IMG/VR virus record: IMGVR_UViG_3300005662_000047
Span: 1-62,164 of that record
Strand: one strand, 5' to 3'
DNA from: a virus
Lineage: Duplodnaviria > Caudoviricetes
Length of the DNA stretch: 62,164 bases
Shown: one piece after another, positions 7,874 to 17,235 of the stretch
How the letters are laid out: every line of letters starts with the position of its first letter
Position numbering within the stretch: the first letter of the stretch is position 1
The notes under the pieces: model-generated
The model's input: only the letters and a program-made list of their open reading frames with translations
What the model was told of the DNA's origin: nothing
Database searches by the model: none
Program-made: the position numbers and the translations under genes

Positions 7874-9724
7874 TCACTTGGATATGCCTGCGAGCTTTGC
7901 CCAACGTTCTGACTCAAATCCCTCATTGAGAGGTTGCGCTGATGCAGAACGAGTTGCCTGCGAAGAAGATCCGAGAACTCGGCTCTCAGTCATAGGCTTA
8001 CGAGGCGTCGCTAGAGTCTTAGCGAGGCTTTCGTACACGAGCTTGACTTCACGTAATGTCTTCGCCTCGTCGAGTTGTGATATCACTTGAGCCTTTTGAC
8101 GGGCCGTGAGTGATTCCGACTGGAGAAGCTTGTTGGTGAATACAAGCTTTGCGTTGAGCAGATTCGTTTCTGCCAACTTGTTGCGTAGCTGTGCTTCTTG
8201 ACCTGAGCTAGCAGCAGGTTTGCTTGCGACGTTATTGGAACGTGCGCTCTGTAGACGCTGCGATTCTGCGAGCATCTGAGATAGTTTGTTGAAACGCTTT
8301 ACTGACTCATTGTAGCGCTTCGCAAAGTTTGCATAGGCGGCCTTGTGTGCCGATCCTCGGCGGGAGATGTCTTTGCGTTCTGAAAGCGTGCGTGTCTTTG
8401 AGAACTTCTCCTTTGCAGCCTCATAGAGCTTGGCGGCCGAGCGGGCCTTTGACTTGAGGGCTTCTTGAAGCTTCAACTCATGGGCCATCTGTTGTTGAAT
8501 TCTCGATTCAGGTAGATTCTTTTGCACGTTTGATTGAGCAGTTGCCTTGAAGCTAGGCGATACGTCAGTGCGGCGCTTCATGCCACCTTCTTCCATATCG
8601 TCTTCCTCGATCTCTATTACAGGATCGGCTTCATCCATCTCACCAGCTTCATCCATCTCACGAAGCTTCATGTCGAGGGGCTCACCTTCTGCTGCGGCAT
8701 CGGCAAAATCATCAAATTCATCAGGACCAGGCTTGGTTCCCTTGGTCGAAGGAACGGCTTCCTCACGAAGAGCTTTCATACGGGCAATCTCACGGCGAAG
8801 CATTCCTTCGTCGATCTCGACGATGACGTTGTCGCTGAGACGTCTAGATTCAGCCTTGGCGAGTTCTTCCTCACCGCCGGCTTCTTCCTCTTCGCCTTCA
8901 TCACCGCCACCGAGGTCTAGTTCTTCCTCACCGCCGGCTTCTTCCTCTTCGCCTTCATCACCGCCACCGAGGTCTAGTTCTTCCTCACCGCCGGCTTCTT
9001 CTCCACCTTCCTCGCCTTCGCCTTCTTCATCACCTGAAACAAGGTTTACGCCGAGGCTTTCTAGATCGATATCGTCAGGCAAGCCTGTCAACTCCAGGCT
9101 GATGGTTTCTTCATCTAAACGTGACTTATTACTTCTCATTTTTTTCTCCTGAAGTTTTTCAATTTTCTTTAAACAATTTTGAATCTTTAAGTTGCAGCTG
9201 AGACGCTTCGCTGGGTCTGCAACATTTTCTTGAACGTATTCGTGCAATGACTCGACCATCGAGTTCAATTGCACTACTTTGTTCGAGTATGCTTTTGTTT
9301 CTTTCAATGATGAATCAATTTTCTTCATTGAATTAATGACTTCTTCTAGATAACTAATTTTTCTCTCAAAGACAGCATTAGACTCTACTGATTCATCATG
9401 AATACTTTCGTATACTTCTTCGAACGTAGACTCTTTAGTTCCGCAAGAAGATTCGTTTTCCATCTCATCAACTTCAAACTTCATGTCTTCGTTGCTCATA
9501 GCAACTTCAGATTCTGTCATGTCGTCTTTGAGAACGTCGTCTTGCTTTTCGTTTTCATCAACTTCGTTATATTCTTCAACACTCTCACCTAGCAGTTCTT
9601 TTTCTATTAGCTCACGAATACGTGGTGCTACAGCTTCGACAACTGCTCTTTTTGCATTGTCTTCAGCAATTTCTTTGAGTTTTTTGACGTCTGCTATGGC
9701 TTCTTCGTAGAGTTGTTTCGACAT
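7874..9724 (-). CDS. prohead core/scaffolding protein (gp22-like)
   Basis: Directly upstream of the capsid gene; very acidic coiled-coil with many L/I-x-E sites; C-terminus ERWAKLAGI. Confidence 0.8.
   Translation of the reverse strand: MSKQLYEEAIADVKKLKEIAEDNAKRAVVEAVAPRIRELIEKELLGESVEEYNEVDENEKQDDVLKDDMTESEVAMSNEDMKFEVDEMENESSCGTKESTFEEVYESIHDESVESNAVFERKISYLEEVINSMKKIDSSLKETKAYSNKVVQLNSMVESLHEYVQENVADPAKRLSCNLKIQNCLKKIEKLQEKKMRSNKSRLDEETISLELTGLPDDIDLESLGVNLVSGDEEGEGEEGGEEAGGEEELDLGGGDEGEEEEAGGEEELDLGGGDEGEEEEAGGEEELAKAESRRLSDNVIVEIDEGMLRREIARMKALREEAVPSTKGTKPGPDEFDDFADAAAEGEPLDMKLREMDEAGEMDEADPVIEIEEDDMEEGGMKRRTDVSPSFKATAQSNVQKNLPESRIQQQMAHELKLQEALKSKARSAAKLYEAAKEKFSKTRTLSERKDISRRGSAHKAAYANFAKRYNESVKRFNKLSQMLAESQRLQSARSNNVASKPAASSGQEAQLRNKLAETNLLNAKLVFTNKLLQSESLTARQKAQVISQLDEAKTLREVKLVYESLAKTLATPRKPMTESRVLGSSSQATRSASAQPLNEGFESERWAKLAGISK
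8862..9001. repeat. exact 57-bp tandem repeat (~2.5 copies) in scaffold gene
   Basis: Unit starts at 8862, 8919, 8976; encodes EEEEAGGEEELDLGGGDEG. Confidence 0.95.
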
Positions 9725-9746
9725 TTCAATTCTCCATATTCAATCA

Positions 9747-10244
9747 TCAGGTGGACGAGTCGGATGAACCCATCTTCGTACCACCAGCCCCCAAGACAAG
9801 AGCAGCAATCTTTTTTGCATGTGACGCGGGGGAGCGTGTTCCAGTAGTAGGTCCTCCTGCTACGTAGGAAGGCTTTACATCAGAAGACTTTATCTTAGGA
9901 TCAGAGTTCTTGTCAGACCCGTCTGTCTTTCCAGGACCTGGTGAAGACAAATCTGGAAAGAAAGATGTTGCGGGGTCACCTGGTGTCTTCCAAGCTCCCT
10001 CAGCTCCTGCTAATATTTCAGGAGCATTAGCATAGTCTAGGTTGACTCCAGATCCAAAGTATTTGTCTCCATTAGCAAGAGTCGGCAAAAGGTATTGATT
10101 TCCAGTTGCCGTCACGATTGCTCTATAATCGTTTTCTTTACCGACGAAAGCGCTGGTCGGGGCAGCAGGAAACAACCTGCCTAACATGTTGTTTTTTTCG
10201 TTAGATTCAGGTGCATAAACTGTATATTTTCCTTGACCAGGCAT
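9747..10244 (-). CDS. hypothetical Pro/Gly-rich protein in head operon
   Basis: AGGAG RBS; position between protease-adjacent genes and scaffold. Confidence 0.75.
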   Translation of the reverse strand: MPGQGKYTVYAPESNEKNNMLGRLFPAAPTSAFVGKENDYRAIVTATGNQYLLPTLANGDKYFGSGVNLDYANAPEILAGAEGAWKTPGDPATSFFPDLSSPGPGKTDGSDKNSDPKIKSSDVKPSYVAGGPTTGTRSPASHAKKIAALVLGAGGTKMGSSDSST

Positions 10245-10265
10245 TTTAACTTCTCCTTTTTAAAT

Positions 10266-10505
10266 TCAACGATTTTTCAAAATTGCTGACTTAGCTTCTT
10301 TTATACGCTTCAGTCTCTTCAATAATCTAGCTTCTTCGAGACCTAATGCTTTGTAGTAGTTGTGAGGATTTTCTAGCGTATCTGCAAATTCATCTGCATC
10401 AACTTCATCTGCATCCTTTGCTGCATCCTCGGTCGATTTCATCGCCTTAAATTTGGCGACTTCTTGCATTACAATCTTTTTTAAAAGAGTAGAAGTTAGC
10501 TTCAT
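10266..10505 (-). CDS. small putative head/core protein
   Basis: MKLTSTLLKKIVMQEV N-terminus; in head operon. Confidence 0.7.
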   Translation of the reverse strand: MKLTSTLLKKIVMQEVAKFKAMKSTEDAAKDADEVDADEFADTLENPHNYYKALGLEEARLLKRLKRIKEAKSAILKNR

Positions 10506-10561
10506 GTATGATAACCTTTCAAGAATATATATTGCCTAAATATTCTGTGTGAAAAAAATCA

Positions 10562-10999
10562 TCAAAATTTTCTTGGGGAGTCCATAAAAGCCAGAGCTGC
10601 CCACTTCGAAGCTGCTTCATCTCCAAATAAATCTTTAGGATCATGAGCAGCGACGACGTGCTCTACAGAACCAGCGGGGGTAGGCAATTGATTTCTGCTT
10701 TCGTTCATTAGCATATTGGGTAAAGTAGTAGCTGCTGTATCTGCAAGAATAGACGCCATAACTGGGTCGCCTCCAGATTCATTCTTTATTACTTCATTAA
10801 TCTTCTTTTTGTCAACTATGGAATTATTCAAGGGTTTTTTAGGACCAAACGATATAGAGTCTGCTGGGTGTCTAGAATGAGAAACTTCTCTTTTTGCTAA
10901 TGATTCCTTTAGCTTATTTGTAGATCCCATACCTTCTGCCAATATCTCTATGAGACATTCTTTTATCATTTCCTTAAATTCATTTTTTGACATCTTCAT
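10562..10999 (-). CDS. putative head/core protein
   Basis: MKMSKNEFKEMIKECLIEILAEG; LKES/MNES sites; downstream of protease. Confidence 0.7.
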   Translation of the reverse strand: MKMSKNEFKEMIKECLIEILAEGMGSTNKLKESLAKREVSHSRHPADSISFGPKKPLNNSIVDKKKINEVIKNESGGDPVMASILADTAATTLPNMLMNESRNQLPTPAGSVEHVVAAHDPKDLFGDEAASKWAALAFMDSPRKF

Positions 11000-11019
11000 A
11001 AAAATTTCCTTTTCCCATT

Positions 11020-11628
11020 CTACTTCTTTGGGATCAAGATGTCATTGACAATTCTATTGATTCTGTCGGATTTAGTGAAAATTCCTTTGAGTGAATTTTG
11101 ATCTAAAGATTTTCCTTCAGCCATCATGAATGCCCCTGGAGTTGAAGGTTCTGAGACGTAATCCCAACATATTAACTGAAAATCATCTTGCACGACTTGA
11201 TAATCTCCTTGTTTTTTTGTTGAACCTACTCCACGAGAAGATATTCCAAGCTTTACTCCACTTTCTACTAGGGATTGTAGTATCTTACCAGAAGGAGTAT
11301 CTAGAACCTCCACCGATCCATAAACGACATCACCCTCCAAATAAGCTTCTCTTATGATATGAGAAACATTTTTAAGATTGACGACGGAAGAATCTGGGTG
11401 GTCAAGTTCTCCCAAGGCTCTATTCTCAACTATAAATTTTTGATAATTCCTGATTTCTCTTTCTAGTATAGGTTTTGGATAAATCCTACCATTCTGGTTC
11501 AGAGTGTCGGACTTTTGCAAAATTCCTTTCATGATTATCTTGCCGCCGTTCCTGTCTCTGGACTCTTTGATCATGTCAGGGGTATAATCAAATATTTCAT
11601 AAGAATTTAGAAGTTTCAAGTCAGCCAT
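11020..11628 (-). CDS. gp21: prohead core protease, T4 gp21-like
   Basis: NQNGRIY, ALGELDHP, VSH, LDTPSG, GISSRGVGS, DYVSEPS motifs. Confidence 0.96.
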   Translation of the reverse strand: MADLKLLNSYEIFDYTPDMIKESRDRNGGKIIMKGILQKSDTLNQNGRIYPKPILEREIRNYQKFIVENRALGELDHPDSSVVNLKNVSHIIREAYLEGDVVYGSVEVLDTPSGKILQSLVESGVKLGISSRGVGSTKKQGDYQVVQDDFQLICWDYVSEPSTPGAFMMAEGKSLDQNSLKGIFTKSDRINRIVNDILIPKK

Positions 11629-12481
11629 TTGACCCTCCCGACGTCAATTCGTCGACTAGCTTAGCATACAACATATATTCTGAGACTGTAGAATCATCTA
11701 TCACGTCAATAGATTCCCGCAGTTTGTTCTTTACTTCGGATAATTTCGAATTCAAATAGTTTGATTCGTTATTATCTCTTAAATACTCTTCAATTGAAGA
11801 AGACAATTTTTCTCTTATCTCTTGAAGCTTTTTAGTAATCGTGGTTTTATCATCATTTGCAGTAGAGAATGCGTAAGCTTTTATCAGAGCTTTCTGATCA
11901 GGGGTAAGCGAATATTCATATTTTTCGCTTAACTTTTTCATCATGATTTTCATGAGAAGCCTGTTAGTTCCAACAGAATTTTCATTAGTTTGAAGTTTAG
12001 CAACTTCATTCTTTGGGCTAGTCAGCCATTTCAAAAGTTGATCTTCATATTCGGCTGTTTTTTGTAGATCAGACCCGGGTCGTCTCCAGTTATTAATCAA
12101 GTTTTGAACTGTTGCAAACATTTTATATTCGTTTACGTGCTGGTCGTAGAAATTTTCGTCTTGCAACTGATGATTGATGTGCCTAATGAGTATAGATTTT
12201 TGACGATCTAATTCATCCAAATTATGAGATCTGGCTGCTAATTTTGCTTCGGCGATAATTGACGCTGCAGTTGTCTCTGAACTGACGGTAGTTCGTATTA
12301 ACGAATTGATCAATCTAAATTCTTTATAAAGTTCAGTCCCTGGTTTAAAGCATTGTTTTACTATCTTTAGAGCCTTAGATGACTTTTGTTTATCGTTTTC
12401 AACCAACGAATTTGATATAGTTTTTACTAAGAATTCGTATATCAGGCCCGTGTTTCTTTTCTTGTTATGCGAGGATGACAT
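11621..12481 (-). CDS. conserved hypothetical protein between portal and protease
   Basis: HNKKRNTGLIYEFL N-terminus; ATG 12481 chosen from AAAGGA RBS spacing. Confidence 0.8.
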   Translation of the reverse strand: MSSSHNKKRNTGLIYEFLVKTISNSLVENDKQKSSKALKIVKQCFKPGTELYKEFRLINSLIRTTVSSETTAASIIAEAKLAARSHNLDELDRQKSILIRHINHQLQDENFYDQHVNEYKMFATVQNLINNWRRPGSDLQKTAEYEDQLLKWLTSPKNEVAKLQTNENSVGTNRLLMKIMMKKLSEKYEYSLTPDQKALIKAYAFSTANDDKTTITKKLQEIREKLSSSIEEYLRDNNESNYLNSKLSEVKNKLRESIDVIDDSTVSEYMLYAKLVDELTSGGSNG

Positions 12482-12501
12482 TTGGGTCAATTCCTTTCTT
12501 A

Positions 12502-14487
12502 TTATTTGTTGCCTTTATCTTCAATATCTATGTCAATAGCTTGCGACTCTACGAGAAGACTGTCATTATTTCTGTTGATATTCAAAGTGCCAGCCATCCT
12601 CCGCAAAGACGACATTACATCAGGAGGTAAGCTTGTAGTGTATGACCTAGATTCATTCATACCCAAGGGGTCTTTAAATTGTTTACTCATCCATTTTGAG
12701 TCGAAAGGATCGTCGAATGTTTGTTGCGTAGACGTCATCTTTAGGAAATCTGGTTCGTGTAGTTGCCATTTCTTCCTTCTAGAACTGTCATATTGCGCTT
12801 TTTTGTTGCTGTATTTAGATCTGTCAGATTTCTTGACGGGTAATTTATCTTTTTCTAATAAAGAATCATCTATCTTAAATTCTGGATCGTCTACCGATAG
12901 TAATAGTTCTGCTCCAGGAAGTGCGTCGTCATCTGGTTCATCACCTGCGAATAGATCTCCGCCAGGAGCTTCTCCACCACCAGCTTCCCCTCCGGCGGGC
13001 TCTTCCCCGCCAGCTTCTTCTTCACCTGCAGCCGGCGTTTCTGCAGCTGCTTCTCCAGCTCCACCTTCAGCAGCAGCCTCCACTTCAGCATCTATTATCT
13101 TTTCTAATTTCCTTTGCTCATTTATGTTCGCAATTTGTTCATCATTCAGTCCCCAAATTTCTTTTTGAATGAATTGTTTACTGCCCATACCTTCTGGTAG
13201 AGCTCCTCCAATTTCAAACTTTGATCTCCATATTTCTAGCTTTTGTTGTTGCGCAACGGTTGAAGGATTGGACAAACGTAGAACAAAGTTTTGCAAATCT
13301 TCATTGTCAAACCCATGAGCGTATAAGTGTATGATTGCTAACTTGTTTAGTTCAGAAATAAGCGTCTTTTGAATGACGTTTATAGTTCTAGAAAATCTGA
13401 TATCTTCTTGTGCCAACGTTGCCTTAGACGACAACATTTCATCATATCCAAGATAGGCTCTAGGAATCTTTAGAGCAGCAAATAGTTTTTTCTGAATATA
13501 CGCTACGTCTTCGACGGAAGCTGCATTTTGACCTCCTGCAAGTGTGTCGATCTTCGTCCCACTCTCACCACCGCGGACGGGTATAAAGTAATCATCTTCA
13601 ACGCTCAAAGGAGAATACCTGAGATCTACTCGGCCGGTGCTTCTGTCAATAACTTGATTCGTTCTCAGGTTTTTTCTCTGTTCTTCGACGTACATCGGCA
13701 CGTTTTCTGGAGGGATGTTCGCTACGTCTACGTAGAAAACTCTGCGCTCGGGGGCCCGGACCACGCGATACACCAGCATAGCGTCTTCTAATAGAATTAA
13801 TTGTCGCCAGATTCTTCTAGCTGCTTCTATGACGGATGACCCATAGGGTAGAAACATGTCATTTCCGATATACCTAAAATGAGTAACTTCCCAGTTTTCT
13901 AGAGTTCGATTTCCCATCGTTGTCCACCGATATCTCACGGCAAACGGATCTTCTCTATCGTAGTTTTCTTCTCTCTCTATTTCGTTAACAGGAATGGGAA
14001 ATGCATTGATGACTCCTTGGGTTGTAGATACATCGTTATAAAGAAAAAAGTCACCATACTTGACTAGATTTCTTGCCCAAGAACGTAAATTGAATTCAAC
14101 ATTCAGCGTATTGTAGAACAGATCTTCTAATATTTGCTTGATTTTTTCGTTGTCGGAGTATATGTGTAACACTCTGCCCTTTTCGTCTTGGGCACAGGTT
14201 TCGTCTGCGTATATGTCAAGAGCTGCTGCAATTTCTGGTGTGTATTCCATTTCAGCAAAGTCTTGGTACCGCATCAACCTCTCCGACAAGTTATATGAAT
14301 TGGCGGTTATGGTTGAGTAAGTAGGAGACACCGATCTTTGAAATAGCAAAGCAGCTGAAGACTTTGATTTATCAGATACAGCTATGGTCGTGTCGAGGGC
14401 ACGAATCTTTCTTTTGACTACGGGTCCACTCTTAAAAAGGGACGTCAGTCTTTGAAATAAATTTTTATTCTTCTTTTGATTTGACAC
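12502..14487 (-). CDS. gp20: portal protein, T4 gp20-like
   Basis: PEIAAALD, LLEDAMLVYRVVRAPERRVFYVDV, EDDYFIPVRGG, TKIDTLAGG, KLFAALKIP. Confidence 0.97.
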   Translation of the reverse strand: MSNQKKNKNLFQRLTSLFKSGPVVKRKIRALDTTIAVSDKSKSSAALLFQRSVSPTYSTITANSYNLSERLMRYQDFAEMEYTPEIAAALDIYADETCAQDEKGRVLHIYSDNEKIKQILEDLFYNTLNVEFNLRSWARNLVKYGDFFLYNDVSTTQGVINAFPIPVNEIEREENYDREDPFAVRYRWTTMGNRTLENWEVTHFRYIGNDMFLPYGSSVIEAARRIWRQLILLEDAMLVYRVVRAPERRVFYVDVANIPPENVPMYVEEQRKNLRTNQVIDRSTGRVDLRYSPLSVEDDYFIPVRGGESGTKIDTLAGGQNAASVEDVAYIQKKLFAALKIPRAYLGYDEMLSSKATLAQEDIRFSRTINVIQKTLISELNKLAIIHLYAHGFDNEDLQNFVLRLSNPSTVAQQQKLEIWRSKFEIGGALPEGMGSKQFIQKEIWGLNDEQIANINEQRKLEKIIDAEVEAAAEGGAGEAAAETPAAGEEEAGGEEPAGGEAGGGEAPGGDLFAGDEPDDDALPGAELLLSVDDPEFKIDDSLLEKDKLPVKKSDRSKYSNKKAQYDSSRRKKWQLHEPDFLKMTSTQQTFDDPFDSKWMSKQFKDPLGMNESRSYTTSLPPDVMSSLRRMAGTLNINRNNDSLLVESQAIDIDIEDKGNK

Positions 14488-14534
14488 TTGTTATGACCTA
14501 CACGTATTCTATTCCGCGTAAGATGTTTATACTA

Positions 14535-14834
14535 TTATTTTACGGGCTTTAGCGTAACTTTTTGTTGAAGCTTTGTCGTTTTGACGGGTGTAACATAGCT
14601 CATGGGATTTTGCATGATTTGTTCCAGAATGTCCTTAATGTCTTTTAGATGAGGCGTAAGCGCGTTGATGGCTGCAACTGGTGCCTCTTCTTCGAATTCG
14701 CTTATTTCTTCGTATAGATCAGTAACCGAAGCAAATAATGCTTTTGCTTCAGAAGAATTCATTCCTTCAAACAAAGCGGCTTTTTGTAATGCGATTGTCG
14801 TATTCAACGATTTTAAATCTAGTTTCTTGGTCAT
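14535..14834 (-). CDS. hypothetical protein
   Basis: 99-aa ORF between terminase and portal, CAGGA RBS. Confidence 0.7.
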   Translation of the reverse strand: MTKKLDLKSLNTTIALQKAALFEGMNSSEAKALFASVTDLYEEISEFEEEAPVAAINALTPHLKDIKDILEQIMQNPMSYVTPVKTTKLQQKVTLKPVK

Positions 14835-14877
14835 TTTGGGCTTCCTGTGGTGGGTAGTTACAATATTTATTGCGATA

Positions 14878-16515
14878 TTACCGATACAACCACGACAAAT
14901 CTGTCACATGAGATTCTGCATTTATGTGTTTGACCGTCGACGGATCTCTTAGCTTATAGACATTTTGCGGATTTATTCCATTAGATGCCCTCAGCGAAGG
15001 ACTAACATAAGGTTGAGCTGTGTTAGGACCGTTAGGTATATCGTTCAACTCTTTTCTAGAGATGCCTGTAGCTTTTAACATAGCATATGCCATAGCCATT
15101 GCAGACTCGTTGACTCCAGTGCCACCTTCTACAAGCCAAGCCCCTATAGCTAAACTCATGATTAGATCATCATGACTATCCTTAGACGCCATAGGTTTAT
15201 TGTTGTTCCAAATAAAAGCTTGTAACTGGTCGTATAGTCTCTGAGAATGACACTTAAGAGTTTTAGTCCTGATCAACTCCTCTAATTTAGTCAATACTTG
15301 AACTCGTGTCTTTTGGTTTGTTGGGAATCCAGGTAGCTCTGAAGCATCGACTGGTATATACGAAAATGGATCTCCTTTGTGGTTGTGGTAATACAGTTTA
15401 TTGTATCCCATGTCCCTTAATTTTACGTTTACGAAATAACCGAAAGTGTTATTCTCAGGACATATGAACGCGTCGTTGTATTTCTTCCCCCACTCAGCTA
15501 AGACATCAGCAAACTTTTCTGGAGGTATTTTTCCCATGTATTCTGCCACTACTTCACAATTAGATTGATCTATTATATGAAATGCAGAATAATCCGCTGC
15601 ATCTCCGCGGGCGACGTCTGCTGAAATAACGTACGATTTATCTAAAGCTGGATGGTCCCAGATCCATACATTTCTATCATACCCTGTCTTTTCTACAGGC
15701 TGCGATATTTGAGATCTGAATTCTTCTAAGTCCTCAGGTTGTAAAAATGTATCGCCCGATGTGATGAAGTCGCAGAGGTATTCTTGACTAACTTTGCGGC
15801 GTGGTAAATTTCTTGTTTCTTTTGTAAACCAAGCTTCGTCGTGCTCAGGATGTACCATCCAAGGTAACCTAATGGGATTGAATTCATTGGTACCTGCCTC
15901 TGCTTCTACCCACAAACGATAATACAGTCCTCCGACTCCATTAGGTGATGAAATCAATATTGCATTACCACCAGTTGTGAGAGTAGGATACAAGCCTGTC
16001 CAGATTGTGTCGAAATCTCTAATAAATGCACACTCGTCAACGATCAATAATGACAATGCTTCAGAACGACCAGCGTCTTCTGACGTGGGAACTGCCTTAA
16101 TTTGTGAACCGTTGCTCAACGTTATTTGTTGTTTCGACGGTTCGAACTTTGGCATCAACAACCATTTTGGCAACGATTGTAATAAGACTGCGACTTTCTT
16201 TATGAAGTTTTGAGCAGTCGCTAGCTTGGTAGCAATGACTAATATGTTTTTATCTTTATAAAAAATAGCTAACCATGTTGCATAAGCAGCTGAAACAGTT
16301 GATAGTCCTAGTTGTCTAGACTTTAAGACTATATTGAATCTATGCTTTTGAAAATCAGATAGACATTGTTCTTGAAAAGGATACAACTCAAAAGGAATAG
16401 TCCCCTTTAACGGATGCTGGATCCTGGCATACTTCTTGATAAAGTATGCTGGATCCTTACCACATCTTATTATTTCGTTGATTTGTTGCTGCTTTGTTAG
16501 ATTCTTTTCAGACAT
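14878..16515 (-). CDS. gp17: terminase large subunit, T4 gp17-like
   Basis: LYPFQ, KSRQLGLST Walker A, LIVDE Walker B, SSPNG, RNase H-like ADVARG..DYS and HDD. Confidence 0.97.
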   Translation of the reverse strand: MSEKNLTKQQQINEIIRCGKDPAYFIKKYARIQHPLKGTIPFELYPFQEQCLSDFQKHRFNIVLKSRQLGLSTVSAAYATWLAIFYKDKNILVIATKLATAQNFIKKVAVLLQSLPKWLLMPKFEPSKQQITLSNGSQIKAVPTSEDAGRSEALSLLIVDECAFIRDFDTIWTGLYPTLTTGGNAILISSPNGVGGLYYRLWVEAEAGTNEFNPIRLPWMVHPEHDEAWFTKETRNLPRRKVSQEYLCDFITSGDTFLQPEDLEEFRSQISQPVEKTGYDRNVWIWDHPALDKSYVISADVARGDAADYSAFHIIDQSNCEVVAEYMGKIPPEKFADVLAEWGKKYNDAFICPENNTFGYFVNVKLRDMGYNKLYYHNHKGDPFSYIPVDASELPGFPTNQKTRVQVLTKLEELIRTKTLKCHSQRLYDQLQAFIWNNNKPMASKDSHDDLIMSLAIGAWLVEGGTGVNESAMAMAYAMLKATGISRKELNDIPNGPNTAQPYVSPSLRASNGINPQNVYKLRDPSTVKHINAESHVTDLSWLYR

Positions 16516-16907
16516 CAGGTTATCTCAAATATGCACTTCCTGCGGTACAACGCGGTTCTCTTTGGGTTATGAACAGCCATCCCTACTATTTCTACTGAAT
16601 CATGAGAAGAAACTTCTTTTAGTTTTAAAGTCTTACCTGCTATGTCTTTGTAGTTTCTTTTCACTCCATCAAGAACCGTCTTGATATTTTGCATAGCATG
16701 CTCTTCTTCATATCGTTTAACAGTCAACATTTCTCTTTCTGATGCAAAATTGACGACTGTTTGGTATGTGAGGTTCAGCTGTCCTTGTCCTCCCAACGAC
16801 ATCTTTACTGAAAATCCACAAGGCGTCGGTGTAGATGATCTACCCCAGGTAGTGTCTATTGCTTCGCCCAAAGCACTAAGATTTAGTTCAGCCATTAGTC
16901 CTCTCAA
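16515..16907 (-). CDS. hypothetical protein translationally coupled to terminase
   Basis: Stop overlaps terminase ATG; true start may be MAELN (16895) after GAGAGG. Confidence 0.75.
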   Translation of the reverse strand: MRGLMAELNLSALGEAIDTTWGRSSTPTPCGFSVKMSLGGQGQLNLTYQTVVNFASEREMLTVKRYEEEHAMQNIKTVLDGVKRNYKDIAGKTLKLKEVSSHDSVEIVGMAVHNPKRTALYRRKCIFEIT

Positions 16908-16938
16908 AAATGTTCAATATAACTATGCCACATTCTTC

Positions 16939-17235
16939 CTAAATTGTGAAAGTTATGTTGATCTTTTTTCTTCCTATCTTCATAAATATCTCTTCTTGCG
17001 TAGGACGCCAGCCTTCGTTCCATTTATCTTTGTTTGGACGAGCCCAATTCGTTTCGCAACTTTCGCAACATGAAAAATTTGTATAAGATTTTTCGTCCTC
17101 ACACGTTCTCATAACATATTCACAAACTGGACATGTCAATGGAGTAATTTTTTCAATTGCGGTAACGGGTTTTATCACATAAAAGCCATCTCTTTTTTGT
17201 ATTAACCTATCGCCTATGTAATTTTCCCAATTCAT
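16939..17235 (-). CDS. small zinc-finger protein
   Basis: CPVC and CCESC; ATGA overlap with SbcCD stop. Confidence 0.7.
   Translation of the reverse strand: MNWENYIGDRLIQKRDGFYVIKPVTAIEKITPLTCPVCEYVMRTCEDEKSYTNFSCCESCETNWARPNKDKWNEGWRPTQEEIFMKIGRKKINITFTI

Noticed and set aside
8862-9001. Direct repeats as possible CRISPR array
   Set aside because: Head-to-tail copies without unique spacers, in frame within a coding gene; no cas genes
5875-9710. Many long antisense/alternate-frame ORFs over capsid and scaffold genes (e.g. 5875-6465, 6632-7159, 8547-9152)
   Set aside because: Expected shadows of GC-rich codon bias; no RBS or motifs, and they fully overlap confidently assigned genes
12482-13172. 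228-aa plus-strand ORF
   Set aside because: Antisense reading of the low-complexity portal tail
14863-14870. ATATTTAT near the 14535-14834 gene
   Set aside because: On the non-coding strand for that gene, so not counted as an ATANTTA promoter copy
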